From the NCBI RefSeq assembly GCF_003918875.1, contig NW_025765670.1, positions 496,001-560,000 of the forward strand: a stretch of DNA of 64,000 bases. The letters run 5' to 3'. Made by a program: the position numbers and the translations under genes. Within the stretch, counting starts at the first letter, position 1; the number at the start of each line of letters is the position of its first letter. The notes under the pieces were generated by a model. That model worked only from the letters and a program-made list of their open reading frames with translations. It had not been told where the DNA came from and made no database searches. Positions 27,526 to 40,500 of this stretch are shown piece by piece. The stretch is from Haliotis rubra. Lineage: Eukaryota.

Positions 27526-27661
27526 TTGATTTTTAAATAAACAACATAATTAATATTGGAAAGTCAACTGGACTCCGGCACAGTGTGATATACAAATTTG
27601 CTTGCCCAACAGAAAAAACCACTGGACTCGGGCGTCGGGCAATGGGTTATTTCCACCCCTG
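27399..27661. mobile_element. hAT-type MITE
   Basis: 16-bp TIR CAGGGGTGGAAATAAC, TSD TATGTTAA/AATGTTAA; close relative at 41844-42081. Confidence 0.85.
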
Positions 27662-28637
27662 AATGTTAACTATAACATTATCATCCCCAAGTACAGGCCT
27701 CACAGTGAGTGAATGAGATGCGACCTCAAACTGCTATTTCAGGTTTCAGGTTAATGTTGGAAGACAGAGAAAACTTGCAGAAGATATAGCCTCCCAAGTA
27801 TTCAAACGAACACATTATCATAGGATACTGACACCCACAAGGGACTCAACTCTGAACAGTGAACAGTATTGCATTAGACCAATTGGCCACCGAGATACCG
27901 AATTTTACAGGAAAGTGAAACCGCATTATCAGAGGTTCAATTTTCGAAGGTAAATTCCAATTACAGATTGGAACCATGCTGTTTCATGTTGACAATGTTT
28001 GTTAGTTTAAACGTAGGCCCACAATCGCCTGCATGAGGTAGTGAGAGAGAGTAACCTCCCTTTAACCACTGATTATGAAGTTTCACCTTCACAACAGTTA
28101 GAGCACTATCGTTCATCATACTCCAGCCGTAATCCTTACCATTTCTCAATGATCCACATTTCAAACACTCTTCAGTTAATTCCCAAAAGGAACAAAATAA
28201 TGGTAGCCACAGAAGATTGAGTAAAACTGTGTTATCACATTCCAATTTTCTGTTTAATCAACAAATATTCTCTGGATTACTTGTTACAGTGGTTACTCAA
28301 TTGACAACATGAATCATTCAGTTCACATTTTCAGACACTTCTGGTTTATTTAGCACAATTTTCATCAAAGAATAATAGTGAAATGTTGACTTATCTCGTA
28401 CACCATACACTTCGGTCATACTTCGGTCATGACTTCGGTCATACCAAGAAAACTAAATAAGACACCTCAGACTATCATTGCAAGATATGATGACATCTTT
28501 TCAACAAAGTGATAACTAGAATTTTCTGAAAGGTCCTTTGCTCAAAAGTTTAACTCATAATTGGCACACAACTGTTCTGCACATGATGCACTACAAATCT
28601 CTCAACATGATTGACAATGGTATCTATTCACATAAAG

Positions 28638-30038
28638 CTATGTTGTCTTCGACTTCTTCTGTTCCTTTCTCTTAAGCATGCGTTCCGCTTCGTAGGCTTC
28701 AACATCAACATCAGGCATGATGTTTGTAACAACACCATATCCCAGTGTTCCTCTTCCATCTCTGATGGTAAAGCGCTGACCCTTTTCCATAACCATCTTT
28801 TTCTTTAGGTTAAAAATAACCTTAGCATCTTCCCCAGGCATGACCATATCTTTGTCTGGGATTTTCAGTGAAGCTGGAGCATCCCATGTTGTACAAAACA
28901 TTTGGGCCTGGAAGAAATCGGTAAAGGGTTTTGCACTCCCACCTTCATCTTTGCTCAACAGGTAGATTTGCGATTCAAATCTGTTATGCTGTTTCACTGT
29001 CCCTGGTTTGGCTAGCACATAACCTCTCTTCAGGTCATCACGTTTAACACTTCTTATCAAAGCCCCAACCTGATCTCCGGCTTCGGAACGATCCAAGTTC
29101 TTGTGAAACATCTCAATGCCAGTGACTGTTGTTTTCAAGACTTTATCATAGCCAATCAACTCACATTCATCACCCTTTTTGATAATACCCCTTTCAAGCT
29201 TTCCCGAAACTACTGTTCCTCTACCAGCAATAGAAAACACAGAGTCAATGGGCAAAAAGAAGGGTTTTTCAAGCTCCCTAGAAGGGTTAGGGATGTAACT
29301 GTCAACATTTTCAAGTAGCTTCCTAATCTTCTCAGCTCCAATTTCAGGCTTAACGCCATCTAAAGCGCACAGAGCAGACCCAATGACAACAGGAGTACCG
29401 TCACCATCATATCCCATCTCTGTCAGTAGTTCTCGTACCTCCATTTCAACAAGTTCCAACATTTCTTCGTCAGCGGCATCGGCCTTGTTGATGAAGACAA
29501 CAACCCTCTGTATACCAATCTGTTTAGCAAGCAGCATGTGTTCTCTAGTTTGTGGCATGGTTCCGTCAGTTGCTGCGACAACTAAGATGGCACCGTCCAT
29601 TTGAGCTGTTCCTGTGATCATGTTCTTTATGTAATCAGCGTGTCCCGGACAGTCGACATGACCATAATGACGAGTGTTGGTTTCGTATTCCACCAACGCT
29701 GCATTGATTGTAATTCCTCTGGCTTTTTCTTCAGGGGCATTATCGATGTCTTCATATCGTTTCATGTCAGCTTTGGCTTCCTCGGACAGGACTTTTGTGA
29801 TCGCCGCTGTCAAGGTTGTTTTACCGTGGTCCACATGGCCGATCGTCCCAATATTTATGTGAGGTTTCTCTCTCGAAAATGTTTTCTTCTGGCCTGGAGG
29901 TTGTGCAAACCTCGCAACAGAGAAGGAAAATGATCTCCGATTGCAATAAAGCAGTTCTTTGGATATGTTAACGAATAGTTTTTGAGTGCCAGGCCCATTT
30001 TTCGCGGCAAGTACCTGACGAAACAGGAACGACGCCAT
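28638..30038 (-). CDS. TUFM: Mitochondrial elongation factor Tu, single exon, 466 aa
   Basis: Uninterrupted ORF with basic N-terminal targeting peptide, [26 protein letters not shown] and domains 2-3. Poly(A) signal candidate at 28350-28345 on the minus strand. Confidence 0.97.
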   Translation of the reverse strand: MASFLFRQVLAAKNGPGTQKLFVNISKELLYCNRRSFSFSVARFAQPPGQKKTFSREKPHINIGTIGHVDHGKTTLTAAITKVLSEEAKADMKRYEDIDNAPEEKARGITINAALVEYETNTRHYGHVDCPGHADYIKNMITGTAQMDGAILVVAATDGTMPQTREHMLLAKQIGIQRVVVFINKADAADEEMLELVEMEVRELLTEMGYDGDGTPVVIGSALCALDGVKPEIGAEKIRKLLENVDSYIPNPSRELEKPFFLPIDSVFSIAGRGTVVSGKLERGIIKKGDECELIGYDKVLKTTVTGIEMFHKNLDRSEAGDQVGALIRSVKRDDLKRGYVLAKPGTVKQHNRFESQIYLLSKDEGGSAKPFTDFFQAQMFCTTWDAPASLKIPDKDMVMPGEDAKVIFNLKKKMVMEKGQRFTIRDGRGTLGYGVVTNIMPDVDVEAYEAERMLKRKEQKKSKTT

Positions 30039-31482
30039 TTTGGAGCATGCGTGTTGTCATTCGGAAAATCTCGGCGTAAGCCGTTGTCGGGTTTGTACGT
30101 ACATATTCACGAGTCGAGAAAGATTGGAGGAAGCGTTTCCGAATGATACGTCTGCCGATGAAACCCGAAGGTTGGATTATCTCCCTTTTCTTTGGTAGCG
30201 TGCACGTCCACCATACTCTCTCTTTCCCGTCTTCCCGTTTCCCAAACAAGTGTTCATTGAGCATAGGCGGATCCGAAAGGGGGTGCAGGGCTGCGCTCCC
30301 CCCTCCCCTTTTTGTCATGAAAGTTTATTAAATCATTGGCGGATCCATTTGGTCTCAGGTGAAAATGAACTGGTGCACACTCCCACCCTTCTTAAAAAGC
30401 TGTAGTGATCAGCCCTTTTTGAGCGTTTCCTTTTTCTTGAATTTATTCTTCACCAAACCGTATACACATCGTCCCACCACACAATGTTGATAATCGTCCA
30501 TAATTCCAAGTACAAACAAACGTTCGAAATTATATTTCAGGAAAACTTCACTTCTAAATATTATGTTCTGAAATTTCGAATTAAGACGCCCTCTTTCTGT
30601 CACACTGAAGAAAGTAGAAACATAATCGAATAACGATGTCAGACAGTGTATTTTGCAAAATGATAATGTATATATCCATCAACATGACGATGTATATAAT
30701 TAGAAACATAATTAGGGGCGTTATTGCATTAAATATAATGTAACATGTATTTAAATAATTATATAATTTTTGACTTAGGGGCATATTCCATTTAATGACG
30801 ACGGAACATAGGCTTTAAATATTTTTGATTTTAAAAAATATTTGATTTATTAAGAGAGGAAAGGACACCTTTAATCCCAAAGAGCTCTTTGGCTTTTTGT
30901 TGAAGTAAGATACTCTTAATAACCGGTTCGTTTCAAATGATTGGTGTGTTATAAATGTGTGAAATGAAATTATTCAGTAAAGAATAAATTTTCTTAACAA
31001 CCGGTTCATTTTGTTGAAAAATGATTGCTGAACTGTAGCAACGAAATGAGCAGCCGCAGAAAATTATATAAATGTGTGAAGATGAATTATTCGGTAGAAA
31101 TGAAGAATAAATCACTTAGTTGAGTTATTCAATGCGCCGTTTATTTATGTTTCACATCATGCTTGTTCTTAAATTTTGAAACGGCTGGATCATTCTCTGA
31201 TAACAAACTACCCGCAAAGATCCATGCTGAACCGTTTTCAAGATACAAATGGTGGTAGTCGTAGGTGCCGTTTTGCTGTGGTCAGGCTTGCTGTCTTGTA
31301 TGTCATCGATGGTCTTTATGTCAGTTATCAGCATCTCTGGACCACAATTAAATATTTATAAACTTTTGTCATATTTATAAATATTGCTGATTGCAGAAAA
31401 AAGCAAAACAAATGAAAAAATGTACTGAGTCGATGCAGTTGATTAAAGCGCACATAAAATAGCATTTGCTGCGGGCTTGCTG

Positions 31483-31512
31483 GTATCCATAGACACGCAT
31501 TCAAGATGGCGG
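31483..31512 (+). promoter_or_regulatory. RFX X-box-like site and YY1-like motif at the LRGUK start
   Basis: GTATCCATAGACAC (31483-31496) is one mismatch from GTHNYYATRRNAAC; CAAGATGGCGG overlaps the ATG. Confidence 0.55.
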
Positions 31513-34500
31513 ACCTAGGCGACAACATCCCCGATGCGGAATACTATCCCGTTGTTGATGGTGAATATGTTGTTGTCAATGGAGAAACACATCTTATTAA
31601 CACGGACACAGATATTCTGAAGCTAGACGACAACCCAGATTTACTAGACGAGCCGCTTGTTGATGAAATTTACGATGATGTCGGACTCGGACCAGGGGGC
31701 ACTGACAACGAAGACGATGTCGAGGTAAGAATTCATAATAATTTTATATGTTTGGGAATAATTGTCCAGTTTGTTAAAGATACGACCACAAGCTGAAAAT
31801 CTTTCTCCTTTAAAGAATATTGAAACAGGGGAAATATACACCAGTGTTCTTATTGGAAGCTAATATGCATTGCTAATTGTACATTGCTTCTTTCAGCTTT
31901 CACCTGATGGTATTTTGGACGAGGAGACTGTTGGGCGTGGCTTGTCCAACCTGGGCCGATCTGCTGAAGGGGCGTATCAAGTGTATTTACACTGTACAGT
32001 GCCTGTAAGTGTTTTAATTGTCATGAAAGGTTTACTGCAAATCTGTTGATGTTCTCGTTCTGTCAGTCCAATGAATTGTGGGGACACTGAGGAAGCATGG
32101 TATTTAAAGCATTCACAGGAGGCCTAGGTTTGATTCCTCTTATGGTCACAAAGTCCAGTGTCCAGACATTGATATTTATAGACTGTTGCTAAAAGCAGCA
32201 TAAAACCACAGGGATTGATTTTGATATACACAGTCTTGACCAGTGCAGGTAACACTATTTCTAGTGCAGGTAACTTTTTTTGTCAGGCTGCACCCAGAGA
32301 AGGTAATATTTTTCACCACAAATGCATTGCAGTAGGTTTAATAGTATTAATTTCCTGTTTTAAATGCGTCTTGTATCAGTGAATCTATTAATAACCAAAC
32401 TAAAAAAATTGAAAAAAGGTCTGTATTCATGGTCATAAATAAATCAACAGTGGTAGTGGAAAAAAGTGCAATCGTACCCAGAACCTGTACTCACTAATTC
32501 ATTAAATAATGATAACTGAATATAGCACCTTTATCAATAAATGGTAAAATGTCACAAGTAATATACTTACACATAGATTCCATGATGTTTCCATCTTTGT
32601 GCTCAAAGGGAAAGCATTGTGGGGCTGAAAGTGTGGTTAATAGAATGGAAAATACAGTTTAAACAACAAGTCAATACTCTATTGTTTAATTAACCAACTG
32701 CAGTGTAATCCTCAGTGTTACAGATAGTATTTAGAAATAGATAGAGCTGGCTGCAAAGATTTATAATCGGAAATATCATTAATCGGAAGAATTGTCAATG
32801 AGTATCGATATTGTAATTATTTCATTGATAACATCTTACATAAACTATTGTCATGAAATAAAGTTTCCATATATACACACAAAACAGTTATGCCTTCATT
32901 CATGGACATCTTATAAATCACATTCAGAGTCCTGTTTTTGTGACTTATCCATGTGTACAACTCACCAGTGATGTGAAATGTGTTGATTTTCTGGGGGTGA
33001 TTTTTTCATCTTTTTTTAGTTACATCTCTAATATTTATCAATCTCTGATCAATATTTAGTGAACAATTGTTTATCTCTATTATCTATATCAATATCCAGC
33101 AATAGAAAAGGACTGGTTCCATATGAGGTTACTAAAGCATTTAAAAACATATAAAAGCAGTGTTTATTTAGGATGAATCATTTCAACATTTGCATCTCAG
33201 GACTGGTTGAGTTTTCTTTCTCACAGCAATTAATTGTAGATCATAACTCTGATAATAACCACAAAGACCCACTTGTCCAGATTGAAGGAAAAATAAAGGT
33301 CTGTAGTAACATGAGCCAGCTAAACGGATCGGATGATACACTGATCAGCCCACATGACAGTGATCTGGCTACAAATCATTGTATTCCAAGTGCACAGCTT
33401 AAAGCTTCTGATCCCAATCACTGAATTGTCTGGTCCAGACATGTTCTGTTAAAAAACGCTTTCATATATATAGCTTGATTGCTGTCGAGTATTTCATCAA
33501 ACAATGAAAAACAAACTACAAAGGGTACTTATGAAAGATACATCTGTATTACAGGGCTTCAACTTGAGGGACATCAGTCTCTTGGCAGAATATGTCCATT
33601 TACAAAAGGTGGAGATTCCATACAATGAAATTACAGGTAAGAAAAACACAAACAAAATATGTATTTTTCCATTCTCTATAACGCATTGATAAAGGCAACT
33701 ATGTTGCACTTATGTTGACATGATTTCACAGGCTCTACAGTAAATGTTTATATATATATTACTATACCATTACTGGCATATAACAACTAGTATTGTTTTC
33801 ATGTTATTTGGTGAAGTCAGAAAGTCAATCATTTCAAAATTACATAAAACTACCTCAGTTTTGCTTGGATGTACAAAATCTTTCAATAACAACACAATCA
33901 TCAAGGTCATATTAAATCTCGTTTGCTATATAATGTTTTCCAAATGACATTTCCAAAGTTGTCGCAAATGTGGATCCAGGATTTCTGAAAATATTGAATC
34001 CATAATATTTTACCTGATAATTAATTTGCATGTGGAAGTGCAATAATTGTTCGAATCGGATGAAGAAACTCAAGAAGTCGAACCCAAATGTTAAGGTAAA
34101 CATTTAGAGGGTCCCTGGATTCAAATACTATAGCAACAAATCTTCAAGACTCCAGGATCCTTCCTTATTTCAAATACTGCAGCATCATTGAACCAGAATT
34201 TACACGGCTTCTTTTTTTTACCATTTATTTAAGTGTCATTTTCCCCATCAATTTCACCTACTACGGATCACAAATAGACTTAGGGTCATTATAGCCACTC
34301 CCTCACCTAGATCTACGAATAGATAGACTGCAAGTCTCACATAAGTATGTTGGTGTGTCTAGACCTGTCCCCACTGAGTAACCTACAGCACCTGCTGATA
34401 CTGGACGCCTCACACAACCAGCTCCCCAGGGTCCTGGACTTCACCCCTCCCAAGAGCCTGATGATAGTGGATCTCTCCTTCAACCAGATCGAGGAGATGA

Positions 34501-37500
34501 GTGACCTCTCTGCACATCAATGCCTGAAGAAACTCAACCTTGACAGTAAGATTGGCTCATTGACTTTCTTGTAGTCATTTTATTCTCATCTTCTCTGGGA
34601 GTTAGTCTCCACAATATGTATATTTTGCCGTCAGTGAAGCTTCAGGAATAGTTCCAAAAGGTGGAAATAATAGCCTCAGAACTAGAATAAACTGCGAACA
34701 ATTTATATTAACAGATACAATTTTAGATGCCAAAAGCTGTGGTGGAGGGGTGTACAATCTTCAATTTATTGTACCCATAAAGATCCGGCTGAAAATTCGT
34801 AAGCAAACCATGTTTGTCTTAAGAGGCACTTTACGGTATTGGGTAGTCAAGCTAGCTGACAGGTGTCTTCATATCCAGATGCTTAGATTGATGCTCATAA
34901 TGTTGATCACTAGATTGTCTGGTCTAGACTTGATTATTTACAGACCACCACCATATTTGATTAAATACTCATTACGACGTTAAATAACAAATAAACTTAA
35001 ATGTATTGAATTGAGTATCAATGACAGAATTTCTGATATATTTGAAAAACTCAATATCTTTATAAAAATTTAATCCTGCTTAAAAGACAAGACCCTACAC
35101 AGGATCATTTTTGTATCAAAGCAATCCATTTCAGCTGTTTAATGCTGCTTAAACACTATTGTTTACATATCCTCTTGCTTGTAAAGCTAGAAATTCCGGT
35201 CTAATCAGTAACCCATGTTGCAAGCAGTGACTAACAATGTTGGGTGGTTGGCTTGCTTCACTGGTGTATGCATATCATCATATCCCAATTATATACACAA
35301 TTACTTACAGACTGCTGTCATAAAGTTGGAAATTGTGTGAACAACACACAAGAAACAAACATAATATGTTTAACACATCAAGGGAGATAACCCTTTGTTC
35401 CAGATAACAAGATTCATGAACTGAAGGGACTGAGCAGCTGTAAAAGACTGTCATTTCTAAGTATGGCCCACAACAAGATAGAAAACCTACAGGGTCTAGA
35501 GGGCTTGCCTATTCAACATCTAAATATGGTAAGACCTTGTTTATATGTGATGACATTAATGCTTCACATTACGTGAAGATATACCTGTTTTTATGAAAAT
35601 GTCTGATGTGATATAATATTGATGGAAATGATATTATGAAAAGAGCTGTCAACATTCTATGCATATATTTCTTTTCATTACAGTGTCACAACTCCTTAAC
35701 AAGGATTGAAAATATAGAATCCCTCAAATACATAAGGGTAAGTGTGTGTATTGCAATAGTTTCAATCATACAACAGATAAGATCCATTGTTGTTGTATTT
35801 TGTTTGTTTGTTGTTTAATGCTGCTTTCAGCAATATTACAGCTGTACGGCGGTGGTCAGTAAATAATCAAGTCTGGACCAGACAATCCAGTGTTCAACAG
35901 CATGACATATTGATAGACTTATTGTTAACTTGCCCTCTGGCAGCTCCTTTGATCTCATTACTTTACCACTAAAGTATGTATATGTATACTTTACTATGCT
36001 TTGATTGCATTTTCCATCAAACTTATCAAACATATGTAAAGGATTTGGACATTTTGCAGCAAGAAAGCTTATAAGTTTAGAAATTGCGTGTTCAGGAAAA
36101 TATGGGCGTTTGGTTTTACGCCGCTTTTAGCAATATTCCAGCAATATCATGGTGGGGAACACCAGAAATGGGCTTCACACATTGTACCCATGTGGGGAAT
36201 CAAACCCAAGTCTCCTGAATGATGAACAAACACTTTAACCACTAGGCCACCCCACCACCCCTCAAAATATGTGAATTTATATGAAGAATGTTATCTTTGG
36301 TATATCTACATACAGATGTCTGTGATTGAGTTCAAAACTTTATATGAAGATCTATGAGTAGTATGAGGTACATGTTTAATGTTAATCAGTATGTATACTT
36401 TGCCAATCCATCTTTTGAAGTATTGCTCAGATTGTGTATTACATGTATTACTCTGATCGCTGGATCAATGTTCAGTCAAAATTCATCATTATCTCCCTGG
36501 GAAGTTAAATAATGCAACCCATGCTGTCATATGAGGCATTAGAAGCTTACAGTCACTCATCGCACTGAGTACCCATTCACTGCATTTGTGAATAGAGAAA
36601 TCTTTTGAACAAAGTCATTTGCCTGACAAGACGTGAGGGTCAGTTCTGAAGTCCCAGTGGTACGTGGTACCAACTTTTAACCTAAGTTTCTGTGTGCTGT
36701 ACATGGGTTAGTTATTATGTTTCACTTTTCATATTATACATCATATCAGACCAAGTTTCCAATAACATGGTGGCACTGATAGCATGCTTTTTGGATAGCA
36801 TGAGACCAGACCAATTTTATTTCTTGTTTAACAGATTTTTGTCCTCAGAAAACCTAAAGGCAGGAGGGGGAAAAAATCACCAGTCAAAGTAATATTCCTT
36901 TTAAATACTAAAAGTGTTTTACTTTGGCAATTTATGAAGTGTATATGAGGCAAAAAACAATCTGCTAAAAACGGAGGATCTGTAAAACAAAAAATAAAAT
37001 TGGTCTGTCCTCATGGTCAAAACTTGACAAGAAACCAAGGGAGATTACTCTCAATTATTTGTTGAGAGATGCCACGTTGCTTAGGTGTGTGACAGCTGCA
37101 GAATAGTATACCCGCATACATCATATAGGTATCCAGGCCTGACCTTATCAGGTCACACTTCATGTCATTGAGGGATTGTGTCATTGCATGTTGTAGCACC
37201 TGAACCTGTCTGGGAACAAGATCCGCAGTCTGTCTGGTCTGGAGGGTCATGACCTGTTGGAGTACATCGACCTGGAAAACAATGAGGTTGGTTTGGTCTT
37301 TTGATTTTTTGGTCACTTTGTCCAATATATATGGTTCATTTTTCACTTGAAACTTATACTTCCTGTCTACAAAATATCATGCTTTGTGATAGAAGTGCAT
37401 TATTACAATGATGCTAGTGTATTCTGAATAATGCTGATGTAAGAAAATAAAACAGTCATATTAGTTTTCTCATCTGTACAGATGCAATGCTATGTTCATA

Positions 37501-40500
37501 TTTCTGGGACCCGTGAAGATCCGTGTTAGAATTGATCCTCAGTAACCCATGCTTGTCGTAAGAGACGATTAAAGGGATCGGGTGGTCAGGCTCGCTGACT
37601 TGGTTGACACATGTCATCGTATCCCAACTGCATAGATAAAGCTTATGCTGATGATCACTGGATTGTCTGGTCCAGACACGATTATTTAAAGACCGCCACC
37701 ATATGGCTGGAATATTGCTGAGTGCGGCGTTAAACTAAACTCACTCACTCACTCACTCATATGTTGTACTGGCAGTACATTTATGTGTAACATGACAGGT
37801 GATCGACATCAGTGAGATGAAGTATCTGATGAAGTTGGGGATGTTGCGGCAGCTGAACCTGCTGCAGAACCCGGTCCAGGAGCTGCCTGACTACCGACTC
37901 TCCATCCTCTTCAGGCTACAGAGTCTGACCGACCTGGACAGGATGAGAGTTGAAGTGGAGGAGAAGGTACAGTCACCTACTCATGTACAATCCCTGTCAG
38001 AAAACTAAAGGGAATCCAGGTTAGACTAGATTCTCAGCACTTTGTCCTGGGAAAGAGGCATCTTCGTGTATTGGTTGGTCAGGCTTGGTGATGGTATGGA
38101 TTGTGACATGTTGCTTGGGGTTGGTAGCATGAGTGCTTGGGTCAGGTTGGTCATAAGAAGGATCTGGGTATCCAAAGGACTATCCATTTTGTTTGCGTTC
38201 ACATTTTTTTCTAACTGTGTTTGCTTTCCATCTGACATTTTGGTTCAGTAAAGTTCAGAGAATGCATGACCATGTCATTTTATATGTGTATCTAAATACC
38301 AGTTGCCTGGGCATTGTTAAAAAAATTCCCAATTTGTTCCCAAGTTCCTGAAAACTACACTGAATACCAGGGTAGAGTTGGGTAATTGAAATCTGGATTC
38401 CCAGGTCTGAGCCCTAACTTGGACCGTTCATAATTTATGGCTAGTGAGGGTGATGATGATTTTAGAGGGGTTTTGTTTAGTACTAGGGCGGTGTCATTGA
38501 TTTAGTACATGACATAATCGGGGAGTGGGGAAGGAGGCACTTACTTTGTACATAAAAATCATCATCACCTCCCCTAACCATAAATTATGAACGGTTCCTA
38601 ATTGCAACTGTATCAATCACTGGCTTGTCTTGTCCACATTCAGTGAAACAACCCTTGAATATATCAATTAGAATTTGTCCTCAGCAAGACATGCTTGTGT
38701 TAGGAGCTGACAAACAAATGGCTTGTTCAGGATACCTGACTTGGTTGACCCACCACATGTCATCGTATCTCAATGTTCATGATGTCAGTCACTAAATTGT
38801 CTAGTACTGGGTCCCGATCCACAAAGCTTTCGTAATGTTACAACATATCGTAACTCTGTAGTTTATCAGAGGCTTACGAATGGCATAGTACTACTTATAA
38901 AAATAGGGAAAAGTGACAACAAAATAATGATCGTTTGTTAAACAACTTTTTTATTTGGGTGTTGTTAGTGAGCAATTCATCGGTCTCAATTGAAATCAAA
39001 CAGACTGTAAGTGTATGCCTGTTTTCCCAGGTTGCTGCCAAGAACATGTTTGACCCTCCGCCAGAGGTTGTGGCCGCCGGAGATCACATGATGCATGTGG
39101 TTTACAACTTCCTGCAGCCAAGTAGAGTGTGGGACAGGTTGGTATAATGTCACATGGCACGTGGCATCGGTCTTCACACATCTCAGAATGATGTTTATGG
39201 GAAATGAAAATGTGACATACTATCAAAACATTTTACATTTTACCATTTTTATGAATGAGATTGAATCTGTAGTTGAGATTATAATATTTTTGCTTTTATG
39301 GTTTAAAGACTCTGAAAACCAAATATGTTTGGTAGTTTGAAAGAAAATTAGAAAAGAACTTATGTAGTTAAGTAATTTTATGTGGTTTGAAGTTCAACAG
39401 TTTCAAGAGAAAAAATATTATAATTCTGTTTAAAGAACAGGATATTTGATATTCAACCTTTTAACACATACATGTAACTATTCCTGTCAAAGAAGATGGT
39501 GGTCTTTTATTTTGCTGAGACCCATCCAACAAAGATTGAGAGGTTGAAAAAACTATTATGATATGTAACTTTGTCTATTATTTGACTCTGACGTCTTGCT
39601 CTGGTTCAAATCTGTGAACTTAAAAATATAGAAAGTGTTGTTCATCTTTAAATTTTCTATTTGCAGTACGTTACCAAACATTGAGACAGTGTACCCCATG
39701 CTTGTCCTGGTGGGTCCTCAAGGCTCGGGCAAGAAAGACCTTGCTCTCAAACTAGCAGAGGAATTTTCAGATTACTTTGGCTATGGGTAAGTATGAACTA
39801 TGGACATATGCAGTGTTATTGATCAAAGAGCCAAGTATTTTGCTGTCATTATTCTAATCTTTTACTTGATCATCCAGTTTATTGTCCCTCGCCACGAACT
39901 GGGAGAGGGATGTAGGTTTGAGCTCCCTCCATCCATCCGAGATGATAGGGACAGATTTTCTCGAAAACTGTTATAGATAGGGAAACCAAATTTGGTATGT
40001 GTTTTCAGGACATGGATGCCTTGATCGAGTTCGAAAACAGAAACCGTGTTACAATTTGTTACAGAGTTATGGCCCTTGTCATGTGTTTCTTGACTTAGTG
40101 CACGGTATCCCTGTGGGAACAGATTTTCTCTGAGTAACCGTTATAGACAGGGAAACCAAATGTGGTATGTGTTTTAAGGACATGAATGTTGTGGTGGAGT
40201 TAAAAAACAAGAACCAAATAGGAACAGAACACTGTGGCAGGGGATATTGATGACCATGTCTTCTTGTTATATCTTTCTTCTGTTTTGATAAACATTCTTG
40301 AGCCATTCGACATTACTGATCTTCATTTTGATCCTGATTCAAATATCTGATTGTATCCTGACATGAGCATAAGAAATAGAGATAGAAATGACACTATGGT
40401 GTTGGTCACTCACTCATACAACCATCACATAGTTTGAATATTTCTGAGTATGGTGTTAACAACTAACAACTAGTTATGGTTTTATTGTACTTTACTTATC

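Noticed and set aside
28638-30038. Bacterial tuf from contamination or horizontal transfer
   Set aside because: Has a mitochondrial targeting peptide, animal mt-type motifs and a C-terminal extension, and sits among host repeats.
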